Shown here one piece after another: positions 42,031 to 53,873 of a stretch of DNA of 64,000 nt. Numbering within the stretch: position 1 is the stretch's first letter; each line of letters opens with the position of its first letter. Position numbers and translations under genes: made by a program. The notes below the pieces were generated by a model. That model did not search any database and had not been told where the DNA came from. It saw only the letters and a program-made list of their open reading frames with translations. Origin of the DNA: Histomonas meleagridis 2922-C6/04-290x (Eukaryota > Protista > Parabasalia); the NCBI GenBank assembly GCA_020184695.1, contig JAANOX010000224.1:186001-250000 (forward strand), written 5' to 3'.

Positions 42031-44441
42031 TGATCTATAGGTGTTATAGGCACTTGTGTCAAGTTCACGTTGTACCAACAATTCATGTAGAAGTCATTTC
42101 CGAGAGGAAGACTTCGTTTCCAATGTACGATGCCATTACCCAACGCCCAACCGAACAACAAAGAACAGAATATGATTGAGAAGTTCAACAACTTATACAA
42201 GAATCTCATTGAATAAATATCCAACAATATGTCGCCGCTCTCCAACATTTCCTTTGCTGCATCATCGATTTCATTTTCGATAACATCCATAACTTTCCAT
42301 AGTTGTGACGCCGGCTTTTCGATATCGTTTGACTTCTCCATACCTAATTGCAAGTGAATTGGCGCGAATTTCTTCAAGTTGAAGTTACCTTGTTGCAAAT
42401 CGTGCGGACGATCTCCTTCATCTGTATCATACTCAAACATTTCCGAATAATCCGAATACTCACTTTCGCTTAGTTTGCCTCCCGCCATTCTTGCTTGGTA
42501 TGCGCTGATTAAGAAGTTATCACGCTTAATGACGTGTGGTAATGAGTAATCGCATGGTAATAACTTTTTACTCTTACGTAAGAAGAATGGTAAGACAAAG
42601 ATAATGACAAATGGAATAATGAACATAATGATGAACAATGCTTGTAATGCTTCATCTGGCAAATCAAAATTAGGTAGAGTTATATCAAAAGCTACAAGTA
42701 ATGCAAATATGGAACTGATTGTGTAACAGATGAAATTGGTGATGTTGTGGAGCTGTGATACATATGGAGTTTGGAAGAATTGTGAAATGGATATACCTAT
42801 GGATGTGGCAAACAATAGCCATGGAACGATTTTTTGTGTTACTGTTGGTCCACCATTTGAATCGCCTGGTGAATAAGTTGATTCTTTTTCATCATCACTT
42901 ATACCTTCAAACAATGGAATCAAAGACACGAAGAACAATGCAAACAATTTGATTTGTTGGAACGTGAAGTAGAATAATGCTGAACGATGTTTGTATGATG
43001 TGAAATGTGAAATTGCACCATTCTGCAATAAGTTAACAATTGTCGAGAATTTACATTCCACAAATGATGTTGGCGCAGGTAATGCATCGACAATTTCTAA
43101 GAAGTTTTCGAACATATATCGAAGAATTTGCAATAAGACGGCTAAGAAATATACTTCTAACAAGCTGACTGGTAATGAGTATATAGAAGTAATATCATTT
43201 TCACTTAGACATGGATTTTCTTGATGAACCTTATACTTAACTGAAGCTTCCGTACGGAAACAATAAAATGAACAATTTCCATATAACCCTACTCGTGCAG
43301 AATCTGAAGTAAAGTTATATTCATTAACAACATATGTACTTTCATTACAATGTCGACAGCCAGCAGTTCTATGTGAGAAATAATCAACAACAGATTCTAT
43401 GCTGCCATTGAAATCATATGCTTGATGTTCTCCACAATATGTATCTTCTGTTGTGGCTGCATTCAAAACCATTTTCAAAATTGGCAAAAGTGCAACTGTA
43501 AATAACATGTTTATGCCTTTGAAACCAAGTTTTCTTAATACAACAAGTATGAAGTAGCACTTTGGTATAAACCATAGAACTTCGAGAACGATACGAATAC
43601 ATATACCAACTAAAATGATACATGAAATAACATCACATATGTAGACTATGTCTTGAAGCTGTTTGCCTTCATAGGTGCTTGATAAAATGCTTTCCCAACC
43701 AACTCCATAGCCAACAATGATTACTACTAAAAATAATACACCGACAATGATGGCATCAATAATCATTGAAAATGGTAAATCAAAGCCAAATATTGTCTTG
43801 CGTTTCATAAGTTTTGGATTTAAGCCAATTTCAAAGGATAATATCTTCTTGTGAATATGTTGCGTTTTCTCATTAAGCTGTTGGGGATCAACTTCTTTGG
43901 TAATTCTAGCAAGGAATACAGATGTGATTTGATGGGCTGCTTTGATATGCCAATGGAAATTCTTACGAAGAACAATGGCATAGCCCCATATACAAAGCCT
44001 AACAAGAACATATATCAAGCTAATGACAATAAAGACGATAGCTGCTGTCCTTCCTTCTTCATAATCATGATTAATAAAGCAACAGCCAATAGTAAGAAGA
44101 CATGGTATAAAGAGATCTGCGAAGAACAAGATGATCCGCCAAGAAGGCATAAAGAAAAGAACATAAAGAAAGTTCATGAAACATAAAATAATAATTGCAA
44201 ACAGCAGAACTCGCATAGGAGCAACAATTTGATTAAACCGTTCAATAAGATCAAGCTGTGAAAGGAGAACATCTACTGCTTTGTCAAAGCCATCTGGCTC
44301 ATTCGATCCAGATGGATTAATTCTATCATACTTTTTACAAATATCATATGGAAGAATTGCAAACTGGATGAATGTAACAACATTGGTAAATGATGTAAGA
44401 GACACAAGATCGAGCTCACGCCATCTGTATTGGAGAACCAT
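42024..44441 (-). CDS. Hypothetical polytopic membrane protein with a Cys-containing extracellular loop
   Basis: 805-aa ORF with more than 10 hydrophobic segments. Its stop TGA (42026-42024) lies inside the terminal satellite unit. Confidence 0.82.
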   Translation of the reverse strand: MVLQYRWRELDLVSLTSFTNVVTFIQFAILPYDICKKYDRINPSGSNEPDGFDKAVDVLLSQLDLIERFNQIVAPMRVLLFAIIILCFMNFLYVLFFMPSWRIILFFADLFIPCLLTIGCCFINHDYEEGRTAAIVFIVISLIYVLVRLCIWGYAIVLRKNFHWHIKAAHQITSVFLARITKEVDPQQLNEKTQHIHKKILSFEIGLNPKLMKRKTIFGFDLPFSMIIDAIIVGVLFLVVIIVGYGVGWESILSSTYEGKQLQDIVYICDVISCIILVGICIRIVLEVLWFIPKCYFILVVLRKLGFKGINMLFTVALLPILKMVLNAATTEDTYCGEHQAYDFNGSIESVVDYFSHRTAGCRHCNESTYVVNEYNFTSDSARVGLYGNCSFYCFRTEASVKYKVHQENPCLSENDITSIYSLPVSLLEVYFLAVLLQILRYMFENFLEIVDALPAPTSFVECKFSTIVNLLQNGAISHFTSYKHRSALFYFTFQQIKLFALFFVSLIPLFEGISDDEKESTYSPGDSNGGPTVTQKIVPWLLFATSIGISISQFFQTPYVSQLHNITNFICYTISSIFALLVAFDITLPNFDLPDEALQALFIIMFIIPFVIIFVLPFFLRKSKKLLPCDYSLPHVIKRDNFLISAYQARMAGGKLSESEYSDYSEMFEYDTDEGDRPHDLQQGNFNLKKFAPIHLQLGMEKSNDIEKPASQLWKVMDVIENEIDDAAKEMLESGDILLDIYSMRFLYKLLNFSIIFCSLLFGWALGNGIVHWKRSLPLGNDFYMNCWYNVNLTQVPITPIDQS

Positions 44442-45654
44442 CCTTTTTGTTGTAGTTTTTGATAATAACCGATTAATTCAGTCAATTTTTCGGTTTAGTT
44501 GAACTCAAAGTGTCTGTTTACATTTCCGTAAACTAGTGAAATAACGTGTCGTTTGGGGCGGATACCCCAAAATTCAGTGATTTATCAAGAAAATGATTCA
44601 TCACCAAGAATTTTTGACATTATAACAAAAATTCATACTTTTCTAAGAATTATTTTCTATCGTTTAAACCACGGTGGAAAATTGACCGTTAAAAAAAGAA
44701 ATCATTTAGAAGATCAAAAAAATTGGCCCCACAGATCTCTTAGCCAATATAAATTTATAATATACATACAATATGTGATGTAGAAAAAATTTATATCTAA
44801 GGAATTGTAACATAACGTTTTGCGAAATTATTATTTTATTATTTTCTATGGTTGAATCATATCGGCATTACTTTTTGAATACTATGTTATTTAAAAAGTG
44901 GTTTTGGCGGTTAACTCAGAAAAAACTGGTACAATAATTATTGATATTAATTTTAATAATTTTATTAAGCTTAATCACAATAGTTTGTATGACCATTCAT
45001 TTTTCAATTTGATCGTAAATGATTTCTGTTGTTCATTGAAGTCTTGCGGTTATTTTAAAATGATAATGTTTGTTCGAATACAGTTTGTGAATTATATATT
45101 TATTCTAAAAAATTACAAATCTATTGTTGAACTGATTTCAATATCAAAGAATTATATTATCAAAAATTCGTTAAAAATGAATATATATTAATAATAAAAT
45201 TTGGAGAGCTGTTTCGGAATAATGTTGAAAATTGTTATTTCAATGACGATATGTGTAAAATATATAATATTGTGAGTCGTAAAATCTTTTATTTAGAATC
45301 TTTTTTTAATTTTAATTTTATGGTTTTTCCAACAAATATCTTTTTAAAAATTACGATTCGGTTTTTCTTGAAAATTTTTTCTTATTAAAATCTCTTTTTC
45401 TTAAATTTGATAAATTTATTGATTTAATTTGTAAAGAGTACACTCCTTCTTTATATAAAAAACTTATTAAATTTAACGATTTTATCGTAAAAACATTCTA
45501 CGATTTTTATATAAGTGAAATAATGAACTTATTTAGATAAAACCAAATAGAAGTACTTCAACTACACAAATCATGAAAAAACCGAAATATATATTGATTT
45601 TTTATATGTAAAGTATTCATAAACCGAAACCGATGTTCTAGAAAGGAGGGAAAA

Positions 45655-48600
45655 ATGTCTGATTCTTATGATAACTCAGATTCGGAAACAAGTTATTCGA
45701 GTGAAGAAAATTCTGATTATATGGAACAACTTGATTACCAATCTGAGGCTCAACCAATTTTTATTGAGCTATCAACAAATTCAATTGATATTTCGAAATT
45801 TAATGAATTATCATTTTTGCCTCAACTTGCTGATCAAGATTATAACATGAAACAACTTAGCGAAACTGCACAAAATGAAGGATCAATTTCACCTCCAATT
45901 GATTCAGTTGTATTTGTTTTTTCAAATCCAAACATTTCTGATAATGTTGCTTCAAGTTATTCTTCAAGGAAACCAAAAATAAGTTCTTGGGTTGATGTTA
46001 AAACTATACATTATTCAGATTTTCAAATCCGTCAACAAGAATATATCAAAGAAAAATATACAAATTTAAAGAGTGACATTGATTGTATTTGTCATAACTC
46101 ACCAAGTTCTTCCAAATTAGATGGTTTAAGTTCACTTCGGAATGATGTCCCAAGACCAAGAATTATCTTTCATTATCTTGGAAAAGAGATTGTTGATGGG
46201 ACAATAATTGATAATTATCCCATTTCTAGAATATTTGGATCTCTTTCTCCACCATCATTTTTTATTTTTGATTGTTCAAATGCAAGTAATGCAATCGGCA
46301 TATTAATTAAATCAGCAGAAGAATTTAAAAATGCGCCACAACGAAGGAGTGGAAGGGGTAAGTTTGGTTATGATGGAGCACAAATTAATTGGGATGATTT
46401 TATATGTCTTTGTACATATGATCAAAATGAAGAATTACCAATAAACCCATCATTGCCATCAGATTTCCTTACTTCCTGCTTACTTACACCTGTTTCAATT
46501 TCCATTTTATGTCATATTCTTCAATATTATAGAACATCATTTAAAGATGATTATTTCCCATTAAAGTATTTAAACTCAGTTCTAATGTATGATAATCCTC
46601 ATGACCTAGAAAATTTCTTAAGTAATATTACGAATGCAATTGCTGTTGATTATTTATCTTCTTCATTATATTTCAAACTTTTTAATCAGGATCCGTTAAT
46701 AACAAAACTTTTTGAGAGGTTTATTTTATGTCAGTTTTTACTTAAACCTTATTCAGCATATCCAACTTCATATCCATCAATACCAAATATGAGTCGACAT
46801 TTATTTTGGGAAAAATGGGAAATGGCGATTGACAACACTTTAAATAGTATTGTTATACCAAAGCCATCATTTTCCAATGATTTTTTCAGTCAATCATTTT
46901 CAAGTTTTATCATGTTTCAAAAAGAAAAAATACTTAATACGATACCTAGTTCATATTTAGCTCCAATAGTTCAATATCCATTAATTACATATCAAATAGA
47001 AATCCAAGAATCAAAAAGTCCTGAAGCAAATAATCGAAAAGAAACATCAATTATTTCATATCTACAACAAAAAGAAGATAATTCATCAGCAATATTACCA
47101 ATGTCATTACCACTTGTCCAAATGCGATTAGATCATACATCACGTAGAGCTTCATCTAATGCTAAAGCAATTCCATTATTATCGCCAGGAAAACATAAGC
47201 CAAAATATAATATGAGTGATGACAAACAACGAACAGTACAATTTAAACAAGAAGAAAGCACATATAATAGTGTATGGAATTATCTTGCTGATTTTGCACG
47301 TGAAAGAGAAATTAATCGAATGAAACTATCACAAGTTATACCCATGAAAGAAATCTTTTTTTATTTATTCCAATGTAATAATCGAGAATTTGATTCAGTC
47401 TGTTATATTATTTCATTAACGTTAATATATAATCCTAATTCTTCATCTTGTATTCCGGATGATATTAAATTAGAAACACTTTTAGAGTTATTATTTGAAA
47501 ACAATTTAAAAAGGAATACAAAAATTTATATTTTAATAATATTATCTTCATTAACACATCAATTAAAACAATTAAGAAAACAATTTAAAAACGAAGAATT
47601 TTTGGATAAATATCGTAAACAAATTGTTAACTCTCATCCACGTTTACAAATTTGGTTAATGATATTACTAAAAAGAACTTTTGGATCGAATTCAATTCCT
47701 TATTCGATATATGGAAGTTCTTCAATTGATTTACAATTATGTGAATTAACTACGCATAAATCATTTGAAGTACGTTGCGCATCTCTTTTAGCACTTTCGA
47801 TATTGTTTCAAGATCAAAATCATCCAATCAACAAAATAATATTAGAATTAATCATTCCTTTGTTTACTGATGTTTCATTTTATGTTCGACATCAAGTTTT
47901 AATCATTTTAATTCGTTACATTTCAACATTTTCGCAATATAAAGAAACATTTAAATTCGGAAGTTATAAAGAAATAATAAAAAAAATTTATAATTTGGAT
48001 TATATTCCAGAATTTATACCTTTTGTCCAAAATATTAAAGAGCTTGAAATATCAGATGATGATATGATTGGTATCATAAACTCATTGATATATTATTTTT
48101 GTAATGATCCTCATCCGTATATTAAACAATTAGCTAATAAGTTCACAAATCAAAATTATTTCCCTTATCAAAAGTTCGAAACAAGTGAATTTAATGATTT
48201 ATTCGATGTTAGTGATAATAATGAACTCGAATCAGATTCAAAAGCATTTTTTAAAGTTTCATCTTCTCAAATAATGAGAAGTTCAAATGTAGAAGAAATT
48301 AAATTAGTTCATTCATTAGAACAAAATAATGAGTTTTCTAATGATTATTTTATATCACAATTTAAAAAAGCTGAGCTTTATAAAAGAATTCAAATCCAAG
48401 CACCTAGAAAAATTACGTTTCATGATAATTCTTTAAATGTCGTTATAGCTACTGCTAATAAAACCGTTTATGAACTCGATGAAAATCTGCAAACGGTCTC
48501 CAAAATTTGTCTAAGTAACGTCGAAGAGGACTTTTCTCAGATAGCGACCGTTAAGGATTCGGTTATAATTTCAACTGACGATGGAAGTTTACGCGTTTGG

Positions 48601-49284
48601 AACCCCCCAAACAGAGAGCTTTCAATTTGTTTCAAAGCTGATATTTGTAGTTTTAATGATATTAAATCACAACAATTTGTAGCGGTTAGTCATTCAACAA
48701 ATCAAATAGCCACTGCAAGGAGTGATAATGGGATTTATATATGGGATATTGAGATGCAACAGTACATTTGTAGTTGGCCGGTTAAGTCAAAAGTGACAGC
48801 TCTATCGGTTCATTCAAATGAGTCACGTATCGTCATTGGCGGTTTTGATGACGGTTCAATGATAGCATATGATTTAAGAATACCACATTTTATACAGACT
48901 ATAATGACATATAAAGAATTGAAGGATGAAGAAATAATTGATATATTGACAAATAATAGTAATTCTAATTTGGCATACTTATGTACGAATAAAGGAAATT
49001 GTTTGATTTGGGATGCTTTCTCAAATAAAACAAGGCTTATAAATAATCAAAGTAATGAAAGAGTAATCGAATCTGTCGGAATACATCCGTTCTTACCTTA
49101 TATTGTTTATTCTGATATTAATGATGTTCCATACATGACAAAACATGATGGCTCATTGCTGTACAAATTTAATGATGTACAGCCAAAGTCTGTCGTTGCA
49201 GTGCACCCGGTGAATTCGGTCGTTGCTTTTGCATATAATAATGAGATTCAATCATATCAAATTCTAACACAGAATGTTATGTAA
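45655..49284 (+). CDS. RPTOR: Raptor/KOG1-like TORC1 scaffold
   Basis: RNC-domain motifs PRIIFHYLG, FFIFDCSNA, EELPINPSLPSDFLTSCLLTP, ITNAIAVD and LFNQDPLITKLFERFILCQ. HEAT/ARM middle (FEVRCASLLAL) and C-terminal WD40 repeats. Confidence 0.85.
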   Translation: MSDSYDNSDSETSYSSEENSDYMEQLDYQSEAQPIFIELSTNSIDISKFNELSFLPQLADQDYNMKQLSETAQNEGSISPPIDSVVFVFSNPNISDNVASSYSSRKPKISSWVDVKTIHYSDFQIRQQEYIKEKYTNLKSDIDCICHNSPSSSKLDGLSSLRNDVPRPRIIFHYLGKEIVDGTIIDNYPISRIFGSLSPPSFFIFDCSNASNAIGILIKSAEEFKNAPQRRSGRGKFGYDGAQINWDDFICLCTYDQNEELPINPSLPSDFLTSCLLTPVSISILCHILQYYRTSFKDDYFPLKYLNSVLMYDNPHDLENFLSNITNAIAVDYLSSSLYFKLFNQDPLITKLFERFILCQFLLKPYSAYPTSYPSIPNMSRHLFWEKWEMAIDNTLNSIVIPKPSFSNDFFSQSFSSFIMFQKEKILNTIPSSYLAPIVQYPLITYQIEIQESKSPEANNRKETSIISYLQQKEDNSSAILPMSLPLVQMRLDHTSRRASSNAKAIPLLSPGKHKPKYNMSDDKQRTVQFKQEESTYNSVWNYLADFAREREINRMKLSQVIPMKEIFFYLFQCNNREFDSVCYIISLTLIYNPNSSSCIPDDIKLETLLELLFENNLKRNTKIYILIILSSLTHQLKQLRKQFKNEEFLDKYRKQIVNSHPRLQIWLMILLKRTFGSNSIPYSIYGSSSIDLQLCELTTHKSFEVRCASLLALSILFQDQNHPINKIILELIIPLFTDVSFYVRHQVLIILIRYISTFSQYKETFKFGSYKEIIKKIYNLDYIPEFIPFVQNIKELEISDDDMIGIINSLIYYFCNDPHPYIKQLANKFTNQNYFPYQKFETSEFNDLFDVSDNNELESDSKAFFKVSSSQIMRSSNVEEIKLVHSLEQNNEFSNDYFISQFKKAELYKRIQIQAPRKITFHDNSLNVVIATANKTVYELDENLQTVSKICLSNVEEDFSQIATVKDSVIISTDDGSLRVWNPPNRELSICFKADICSFNDIKSQQFVAVSHSTNQIATARSDNGIYIWDIEMQQYICSWPVKSKVTALSVHSNESRIVIGGFDDGSMIAYDLRIPHFIQTIMTYKELKDEEIIDILTNNSNSNLAYLCTNKGNCLIWDAFSNKTRLINNQSNERVIESVGIHPFLPYIVYSDINDVPYMTKHDGSLLYKFNDVQPKSVVAVHPVNSVVAFAYNNEIQSYQILTQNVM

Positions 49285-49403
49285 AATAATTTTTTAGGAT
49301 ACTTTATGATTTTTCCCTTTTAAAAGGAATTTCATTCACATGTTTTACTTCTTTCCTTTGTATAGTATGCTAAGGAAAATTCTCAAAATAATGTAGGAAT
49401 GGC

Positions 49404-49411
49404 GACCGTTT
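49404..49411 (+). promoter_or_regulatory. M3-type element GACCGTTT
   Basis: Matches RRCSGTTD, just upstream of ATG 49417. Confidence 0.5.
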
Positions 49412-49416
49412 AAATC

Positions 49417-52230
49417 ATGGGTTTCCTATCGTCTTCTTGGTCGCGACTAATGGAAGAATTTATTGCATATTTCCATCAGGCCCTTCAAGAAGGGACTGTT
49501 TCACAAGCATCACAAAGGATATTGGAAATGTCCTCAAATCCAGAAAATATATTTTACATATTACAAATTATTTGCTCAATTGATGAAAATTCAATCAAGC
49601 TAATTGCAATAATTACATTAAAGAAAATGTTAATACAAAAAAACATATTTGACCAAATATTTGCAAATCCTGAAATGAGAGGAATAATTTTAGATCAAAT
49701 ATTACATTTAATTGTTCTTTACCAAAATAACTATATATTATCCAATAATCTTATTGATGCGATTCAGCCTATTTTCCAAAATATTGGATATGAATGGAAT
49801 CAAATAATTAATTTTGTATGTGAATCATTATCATTTTCAACAATTTTTATTCTTTCCTCGTTTATTTCATATTCAAATGAAAGTAACATTGGACCTCTTA
49901 TTCCAATTTGCTTCAACAATATTCAAAAATGTATTCAATCGAACAATTCCGATTTAATTATTTTATCTTCCAAACTTTTTTCTGAGTTAGTTCATTTAAT
50001 CCCTGATGAGTGCTTAGGTATTGCATCTCAAGCCTTTGGTTTTTATTTAACACTATTTGCTAATACAACAGATTCTACTGATTTAGCAAATTCAATTTCA
50101 AAATGTTTCAACAAAAATCGAATATTTTTTGATCCAAGCGCAGTACTTTCACAGCTATTTCAAATTGCATCAAAATCAAGTCCAGTTGTAGTTTTTAATC
50201 CAATCAGAAGATTTATAAAAGTATTTGGGAAAATGTTTGTTTCGCAAGCACCAGAAATTACTTCAACAGTTTTAACGTTTGCCTCATCTTTGTATCAGGG
50301 TAATTGTTATATGGATGAATCAGATTCTCTTTTCGTTCTTTCCACTCTTCGAAAACTTGCCGATAAAACCCCAGAATATTTAGCGGTTTATTTGAATTTC
50401 ATGAAACCGTCGAATATTCCAGAGCTTTTTTCGGTTATCGGCGGCTTGTATTCAATTATCAGTTCAGTTTCAGAATCACTTCACCTTTATTCACAACAAA
50501 TTTTTAACTTTCTTTCAAATTGTTTATCAACTAATAATCATACAATACAAGAACTTGCATTGCTTTGTATTTTTGATATTCTTGATTATGAGCCAGATTT
50601 CTTTGAAAATTATGCCGATGATATATTCAAAGCACTTATTTCATTTAATTCACAACAACATGAAACTCTTTCTAATCTTGTAATACAATGTATACCACAA
50701 ATATTATTTAATTGCGAAGTTAGTAATGAAATATTATATCCAACGATTCCATCATTTATTAATCTTGCGGTTAATTCCAAAGAAGCAATGAAATCAAATG
50801 CGATATATATATTATATGGCATCATATTTTCTATTGAAAGTAATATATCTGAATATGCGCAATCGATAATTCCTATTTTATTACAATCTGCTGATGAAGA
50901 CTCTGAAATAAAATCGCGATCGATTGAAGCAATTGGCGCTTTAATGTGTTTTTCTCCACAAATTTGTATTTCTTTTATACAACAAGCATTTGAGATATTT
51001 ATACCAAACTTAAACTCTGATGATTCGAAAGTTGTTGTTTCATGTTTATCAGCACTTCGTCATACAGCTAACTCTAGAGAAAAAATCGATCCATTTATTG
51101 AAATTGGAATGTTTAATGTTTTGCCAATAGTAACAAACGCTTATAAAAACGAAGAAAACTTTGAAATAATTTCTTCTTCATTTTTATTCTTTGCGGATGC
51201 CATTAAATTCCATCCTAATTCATGTCAAAGGTTAATTCCATTTTTACTTTCGTTTTCTATCACATGTATGAAAGCACCTGATGAAGATATAGTAATTAAT
51301 GCAACTAAAGTTGCTTCTAAAGTTTCAGGGGATCAAATTCCCGAAGAATTATTTTCGTTATTAATTAATAATGCAAAGTCTGATAATATTTCTGTTTCCG
51401 GATCATCTTTTAAAGGAATTATTACAATATTAAAACGCGGTGTTAAGATTCCGATTGAAGTTTTGAATGTTTTTATTAATCTTTCAGCAATGGCAATTAA
51501 TCATAAACTTGAATGCCAGGATTCTGATGATGTTTCTTATAAGAAAGAAATTATTGATCCTGTTCTAAAGTTCATATGTCAAATTATACGAATAGATATT
51601 AATATTTTCACAATTGATTCATATGCTAAAATAATAATCGAAATGAAAGGTAATGTTTCAAGATATGAAACAGAGAAATGTTTGTTACCATTCATTACTT
51701 ATGTAGAAACAATTAAGAAAAGTCCAATTTTTAATGATATGCTTCAAATGGCAATTTCATTAATGAATGATAATGAAACTGATTATCCAATTATCCTTGT
51801 TAGAGTTATATTAGATTACGTTCCTGAGTTAATGTCACAAGAAATTTTGAACATGTGCCAAAGTAAATTACAAAATGGTTTATCAATTTCAATGATTTCA
51901 TTGTTATGTACTATTTCGAAATGTTGTCAATTCCCATTCCAAACATTATTACCAACAATGATAAAATGTTTGATATCGAAAGGAAATATATCGGAATTAA
52001 TTAACATTTGGAAAACGTTTTTAATGCTTTTGAAATCAGATGAAGTCGCAAACGCTTTCGGTAATGTGCTTTGTATGAAATTAATCGATTTTTTGGCAGT
52101 AAATGTAAATTTTGTACCAATGGAATTGGTTAGAGAAGCAGTGCAATTCTTGCTTCCATATGCAAATGGAAATAATGAAGTTGCACAAGAAATAGCAAAA
52201 CATCAAAATGTTTTATCTTTGTTTAATTAA
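49417..52230 (+). CDS. Importin-beta-family (importin-4/5-like) HEAT-repeat protein
   Basis: 937 aa. IBN_N-like start (KLIAIITLKKML) and recurrent HEAT motifs (IQELALLCI, IKSRSIEAIGAL). Confidence 0.6.
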   Translation: MGFLSSSWSRLMEEFIAYFHQALQEGTVSQASQRILEMSSNPENIFYILQIICSIDENSIKLIAIITLKKMLIQKNIFDQIFANPEMRGIILDQILHLIVLYQNNYILSNNLIDAIQPIFQNIGYEWNQIINFVCESLSFSTIFILSSFISYSNESNIGPLIPICFNNIQKCIQSNNSDLIILSSKLFSELVHLIPDECLGIASQAFGFYLTLFANTTDSTDLANSISKCFNKNRIFFDPSAVLSQLFQIASKSSPVVVFNPIRRFIKVFGKMFVSQAPEITSTVLTFASSLYQGNCYMDESDSLFVLSTLRKLADKTPEYLAVYLNFMKPSNIPELFSVIGGLYSIISSVSESLHLYSQQIFNFLSNCLSTNNHTIQELALLCIFDILDYEPDFFENYADDIFKALISFNSQQHETLSNLVIQCIPQILFNCEVSNEILYPTIPSFINLAVNSKEAMKSNAIYILYGIIFSIESNISEYAQSIIPILLQSADEDSEIKSRSIEAIGALMCFSPQICISFIQQAFEIFIPNLNSDDSKVVVSCLSALRHTANSREKIDPFIEIGMFNVLPIVTNAYKNEENFEIISSSFLFFADAIKFHPNSCQRLIPFLLSFSITCMKAPDEDIVINATKVASKVSGDQIPEELFSLLINNAKSDNISVSGSSFKGIITILKRGVKIPIEVLNVFINLSAMAINHKLECQDSDDVSYKKEIIDPVLKFICQIIRIDINIFTIDSYAKIIIEMKGNVSRYETEKCLLPFITYVETIKKSPIFNDMLQMAISLMNDNETDYPIILVRVILDYVPELMSQEILNMCQSKLQNGLSISMISLLCTISKCCQFPFQTLLPTMIKCLISKGNISELINIWKTFLMLLKSDEVANAFGNVLCMKLIDFLAVNVNFVPMELVREAVQFLLPYANGNNEVAQEIAKHQNVLSLFN

Positions 52231-52345
52231 TGTTTATTAAAATTTTAATAAATTATTTTTATTCATTGCATTTTTTTTTTTAATATTGCTTTTTATTTAT
52301 TTTTTGTTAATCTTTCATTTTCATGTGTTGAAATCCTTATGTTCA

Positions 52346-53488
52346 TTACACAGATTGTGTATTAGTCTCTTTTAATGTAGATTTTCTAGAGGAAATAATA
52401 ATGAAAGCCACAATTACTAAAAGAATTATCCCAATAACAGGAAAAACAATTATATATGTTTGTTTTAAATCTGATTTTTCTTCTTTTTTAGTGGTATCTG
52501 GATTATCTTCAGAGTAATTTTTAGAGTAATTTTCAGACTTCGGCACTTCAGATGTAAATGCGGTCGTATGTACTGTTGTACTCTCTTTTGTATATGTTTC
52601 TGTAGGAGACTGTGTAGGAGATTGTGTAGGAGTCTGTGTAGGAGATTGTGTAGGAGATTGTGTAGGAGATTGTGTAGGAGTCTGTGCAGGAAGTGCTTCA
52701 TAAATAATAGGGCCATAGACTGTATCAAGTTCTTCTAATTCAACAATAGTTATATTGAACTTATGTATGACGGGCAAACGAAATTTAGTAATTTGGCAAT
52801 TTATTTGGCCTTGAATATCTGCGCAAATTAAATCATATGGATCTTTGGTTACTACAAAACGAGCTGTTGGAGGGAACATCATTGTATTTGGATACTTCTT
52901 ATTTATATTCTGGAGTAATTTCAAATTCCTTTTTGCAGTAATTTTGAATATCAACTCTACACCTTTTTTACAAACTGATTCAAAAGAAGAATGAACTAAT
53001 GTAAATGCTCTTGTTATAACCAAAGTGTTCTTATTGAATAGTGTTGGGCTAATCTCATTTGAAGGTTTATAAACTGTTGTATATCCTGCTTTTGCTAATT
53101 TATCAAATCCTCTCATAAATCTATAAAATGTACACAAAAAATTATTAGTGATATTCCCTTTGAATGTTTCAGAATCTAAGCTCGAAATAAGTTCTGGATA
53201 AAATAAGTAGTCATGAATTATTTTAGCTTCATCATAATTTATAGGATCTAAGTTATTTTCTGATAATGATTTTAGTGTGTACGGATCAAATATTTGTTCG
53301 AACCATTTATTTTCATTAACATCTAATGAAACAACTTTTGATACTTCATCATGTACACATTGTTTTAGAGCAGGATCATGTATTTTTGGTAAAAAAGCAT
53401 GTAACTTATATGGGTGACTTTTTAAATCTGGTAAGATACCATCTAATTCGAGAGTACAAATTTCTAAAATATTAAAAAATAAATACAT
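52346..53488 (-). CDS. Type I surface protein with a mucin-like PTQS/PTQT stalk
   Basis: N-terminal hydrophobic leader, PAQTPTQSPTQSPTQSPTQTPTQSPTQSPTE, TM YIIVFPVIGIILLVIVAFIII and a short tail. Confidence 0.8.
   Translation of the reverse strand: MYLFFNILEICTLELDGILPDLKSHPYKLHAFLPKIHDPALKQCVHDEVSKVVSLDVNENKWFEQIFDPYTLKSLSENNLDPINYDEAKIIHDYLFYPELISSLDSETFKGNITNNFLCTFYRFMRGFDKLAKAGYTTVYKPSNEISPTLFNKNTLVITRAFTLVHSSFESVCKKGVELIFKITAKRNLKLLQNINKKYPNTMMFPPTARFVVTKDPYDLICADIQGQINCQITKFRLPVIHKFNITIVELEELDTVYGPIIYEALPAQTPTQSPTQSPTQSPTQTPTQSPTQSPTETYTKESTTVHTTAFTSEVPKSENYSKNYSEDNPDTTKKEEKSDLKQTYIIVFPVIGIILLVIVAFIIISSRKSTLKETNTQSV
52601..52690 (-). repeat. 12-bp coding minisatellite (PTQS/T), about 7.5 copies
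   Basis: TGTGTAGGAGAT/AGTC units on the + strand. Confidence 0.9.
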
Positions 53489-53873
53489 TAAAATGAAATG
53501 ATGTATAATTTAAACATAAAACTCATTAATTATATAAAAGCTATAAAGGTTAAATTATAAACTAAATAACATGAAAAACTGGCACAAAGAATAACCATGA
53601 TTTTGTCCAAATTTTTAAATATCTATATTTGAAAACTTAATAAAAATAATGATTTCGAGATATTAAATTAAAAAAATCATAAAAAAAGAGATATTGAAAA
53701 AACTCGAAAATTAGAAGAATGTGTATAATTTTTTTTTTTAAAACAGAATAATCGAACATACAACTCCTTATGTTTGAAAACATGTAGCAAGCCTTCATAG
53801 TCTTAAGACAACTCCAATTGGATTTACACCACAATTTCACAAAAGAAAACAATTAGAAAATCACTTTTTGAAT

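Noticed and set aside
49262-49272. TTCTAACACAG as an intron 3' end in the Raptor-like gene
   Set aside because: No GTAT/GTAA donor lies within short-intron distance, and the frame reads through to a normal WD40 C-terminus.
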